DNA from: Acidimicrobiales bacterium
GTDB lineage: Bacteria; Actinomycetota; Acidimicrobiia; Acidimicrobiales; CATQHL01
Reading direction: 5' to 3'
Assembly: GCA_963664235.1 (NCBI GenBank)
Contig: OY760933.1
Location: 3,035,419-3,099,418 of the forward strand
Length of the DNA: 64,000 bases
The notes beneath the pieces are model-generated. The model was not told the origin of the DNA and ran no database searches. It saw only the letters and a program-made list of their open reading frames with translations. Below are positions 62,346-64,000 of this stretch, one piece after another. Positions within the stretch are counted from its first letter, which is position 1, and every line of letters begins with the position of its first letter. A program made the position numbers and the translations under genes.

Positions 62346-63314
62346 TCAGGACAGGTGGTTCAGCAGCAGGGTTAGCAGTTCCTCGTCGAACGCGCTGCCA
62401 CCGAAGATGCGCCGGCCGGTGCTGTCGAGCAGCCAGAAGCTGGACCAGGCGGGCGCCGGGAAGTGGTAGTAGTTCGTCGGCACCCGTGAGTCGCTCAACA
62501 GCATCGTGAAGCTGATCCCGTAGGTGTCGACGAAAGCCTGATTCGTCGCCAGGTCGCCCGTCGAGCCGATGCCGACGACTCTGAGCCGGTGGGAATTTTC
62601 TCGAGCGAACTGCTCGATGGCCGGAGCGTGGCTCTGGCATGTGCCTCAATAGGGACTCCACAACCAGAACAGCAGCGGGGTCCGGCCGGTCACCACCGAG
62701 CGGATGTTCGCCGCCTCCCCGGTGTGCACGTCGACCATGTCGAAGTCGAGCACGTCCTCGGAGACCTGCGCCACGCCGAAGTCGCTCCCCGACACGCTCT
62801 CGGTGAGCGTCACGACGACCGGCGAACTGTTCAGCCAGCGGCCCACCTCCGCATCGGGGCCGAAGAACCGCTGCGCCGGCAAGATCCGGTAGCCCCAGGT
62901 CGCACCATCATGACGTTGCTGCAAGGCGAACTCGATGCGATCATCGGCCAACACCTGCACGGCCACGCGTACGACCACTGCGGCGCGGGCGGAGGAGTCA
63001 GTTGGGTTGGAGGTGATCGTCAGCGGCGAGCTGGCGAACCAGACGCCGACCGGGGCCCCCGGAGGTAGGAACCGCTGCAACGGTGTGGCCGACTCGCTCC
63101 ACGGCCCATCCGCAGCACGGAACTGCACGACGAACTCGACGCTTCCGTCGTCGTGGCGCTGCGCCAGGATCCGGGCCTCGAGTTCGTGCCCGGCCGGCTC
63201 CTCGGCCGCCTCCTGGGCACTGACGGCGGCGGGAACGCCGGCGACGCCCAGCCAGGCCACCAGGCCCGCCAGGACGGCGCGGGCAAATCTCCCCCGTATC
63301 GATCGGGAACTCAT
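62346..63314 (-). CDS. secreted repeat-module + thioredoxin-fold (TlpA/redoxin-like) protein with in-frame TGA at the first active-site Cys position (selenocysteine candidate or recent pseudogene)
   Basis: ATG 63314, signal peptide, two R-x-EF-x-LQ/RFF-P modules, then ..GRTPLLFWLWSPY-TGA(62646..62648)-GTCQSHAPAIEQFARENSHRLRVVGIGS..FWLLDSTGRRI... The frame stays open for 99 more codons to TGA 62346. The track shows only the 5' 245-aa ORF. Confidence 0.55.
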
Positions 63315-63405
63315 GTCGTATCCGCCGGCAACTGCTCCACCATCGCCGGAGCGTGCGGGGCGGGAGGTCGGACCCGGTGCCACTGCCCGGCGTCGGCGTG
63401 GAGCC

Positions 63406-64000
63406 TCAGGCAGCTCGTAGGGTCGAGAGCACCTGCGCGGTGCCGTCGATGGTCTCGGCGAGGCTGTCGTACATGGTTTGCCGCAGCACGGCGGCCAGGT
63501 TGAGGCTGAACGAGTCGAACCCTAGTGCCGCAACGCGACGGATCTGATCCACGCACTCAGCCGGCGTGCCGGCCACGGCGAACCGCTCCACCAGGTCGTC
63601 GTCTATGAGGTCGAACAGCGCCGGCGGGTCGTGGCGGTCGTGGTCGAAGTACCAACCCCGTGCCTCCCCCAGCGCCTCGTCGATCTTCCCGATCAGCCCC
63701 GGGGGAAGGCCCAGGTCCGGCGGGCGAAGGATGCTCAGATAGTGCGCCACGTAGCGCTTCACGCTGCGGCGCGCCAGCTCGCCGTCATCTGAAATGCAGA
63801 CGGTGAGTCGCGGTGAGATTTCGAGGTCGCCCGGCGGGCGGCCGACCCGGGCCGCCCCTTCGGCCAGCCAGCCGCGGTACTCACCGGCCTGTGCCGCCGA
63901 CCAGTAGCGCGCCCCGATCAGCACCCGGTCGGCCAGCTCCCCGGCGAGCCGCATGACTCCCGGGCTCCGGCTGCCCAGCACCAGTGCCGGAGTCGTCGCG
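63406..64000 (-). CDS. luciferase-like monooxygenase (LLM, F420-dependent class) oxidoreductase, 5' end outside window
   Basis: This is the C-terminal part of an LLM fold (LGSRSPGVMRLAGELADRVLIG ..., AVAGTPAECVDQIRRVAALGFDSFSL). The ORF is open to the window edge. Confidence 0.65.
   Translation of the reverse strand, partial: ATTPALVLGSRSPGVMRLAGELADRVLIGARYWSAAQAGEYRGWLAEGAARVGRPPGDLEISPRLTVCISDDGELARRSVKRYVAHYLSILRPPDLGLPPGLIGKIDEALGEARGWYFDHDRHDPPALFDLIDDDLVERFAVAGTPAECVDQIRRVAALGFDSFSLNLAAVLRQTMYDSLAETIDGTAQVLSTLRAA

Overview
High-GC (about 70%) chromosomal segment from an actinobacterium (Actinomycetota). Lineage markers are a complete Pup-proteasome locus, a mycothiol-type DinB/MDMPI enzyme and a luciferase-like (F420-type) oxidoreductase. 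Positions 1-40.3 kb are ordinary, densely packed core genome. They hold pyruvate kinase, DUF3151, MobA, RNase D, a ClC channel, and a FIST-tkt-tal group. Next come PBP4, a Lon-N domain protein and small membrane proteins, then the canonical block trmI-cvpA-fdx-arc(mpa)-dop-pup-prcB-prcA-pafA-pafBC(fused)-lepB-GDPD-tatA/B-tatC-helY. This half ends with an M20 peptidase, a long ThyX-like protein, DUF4193, GNAT, Nudix, and a TPP-riboswitch-controlled ABC importer. From 40.3 kb to the end the character changes to accessory. It opens with two type II TA modules (Phd/RelE, ParD/ParE). Three paralogous secreted RCC1-propeller proteins follow, each with an unannotated 6-Cys HExxH C-terminal domain ending in FRDGGC; one is frameshifted in a homopolymer. 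They are interleaved with redox enzymes: OYE, an MBL hydrolase, two nitroreductases, an acyl-CoA dehydrogenase, a Rieske oxygenase and VOC proteins. The region also carries four copies of a small palindromic REP/MITE-like element, a DUF559 cassette flanked by 60-bp direct repeats, and an IS256-family element (8-bp target duplication) that is itself split by an IS110-family element. The most unusual single observation is a secreted thioredoxin-fold gene (62346..63314, minus). Its in-frame TGA sits exactly at the first Cys position of the WxPxCxxC active site, so it is either a selenocysteine candidate or a very recent pseudogene. It shares an N-terminal repeat module with the RCC1 proteins. No rRNA, tRNA or CRISPR array was seen. 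All calls come from reading the translations and DNA by eye; no database search was run.
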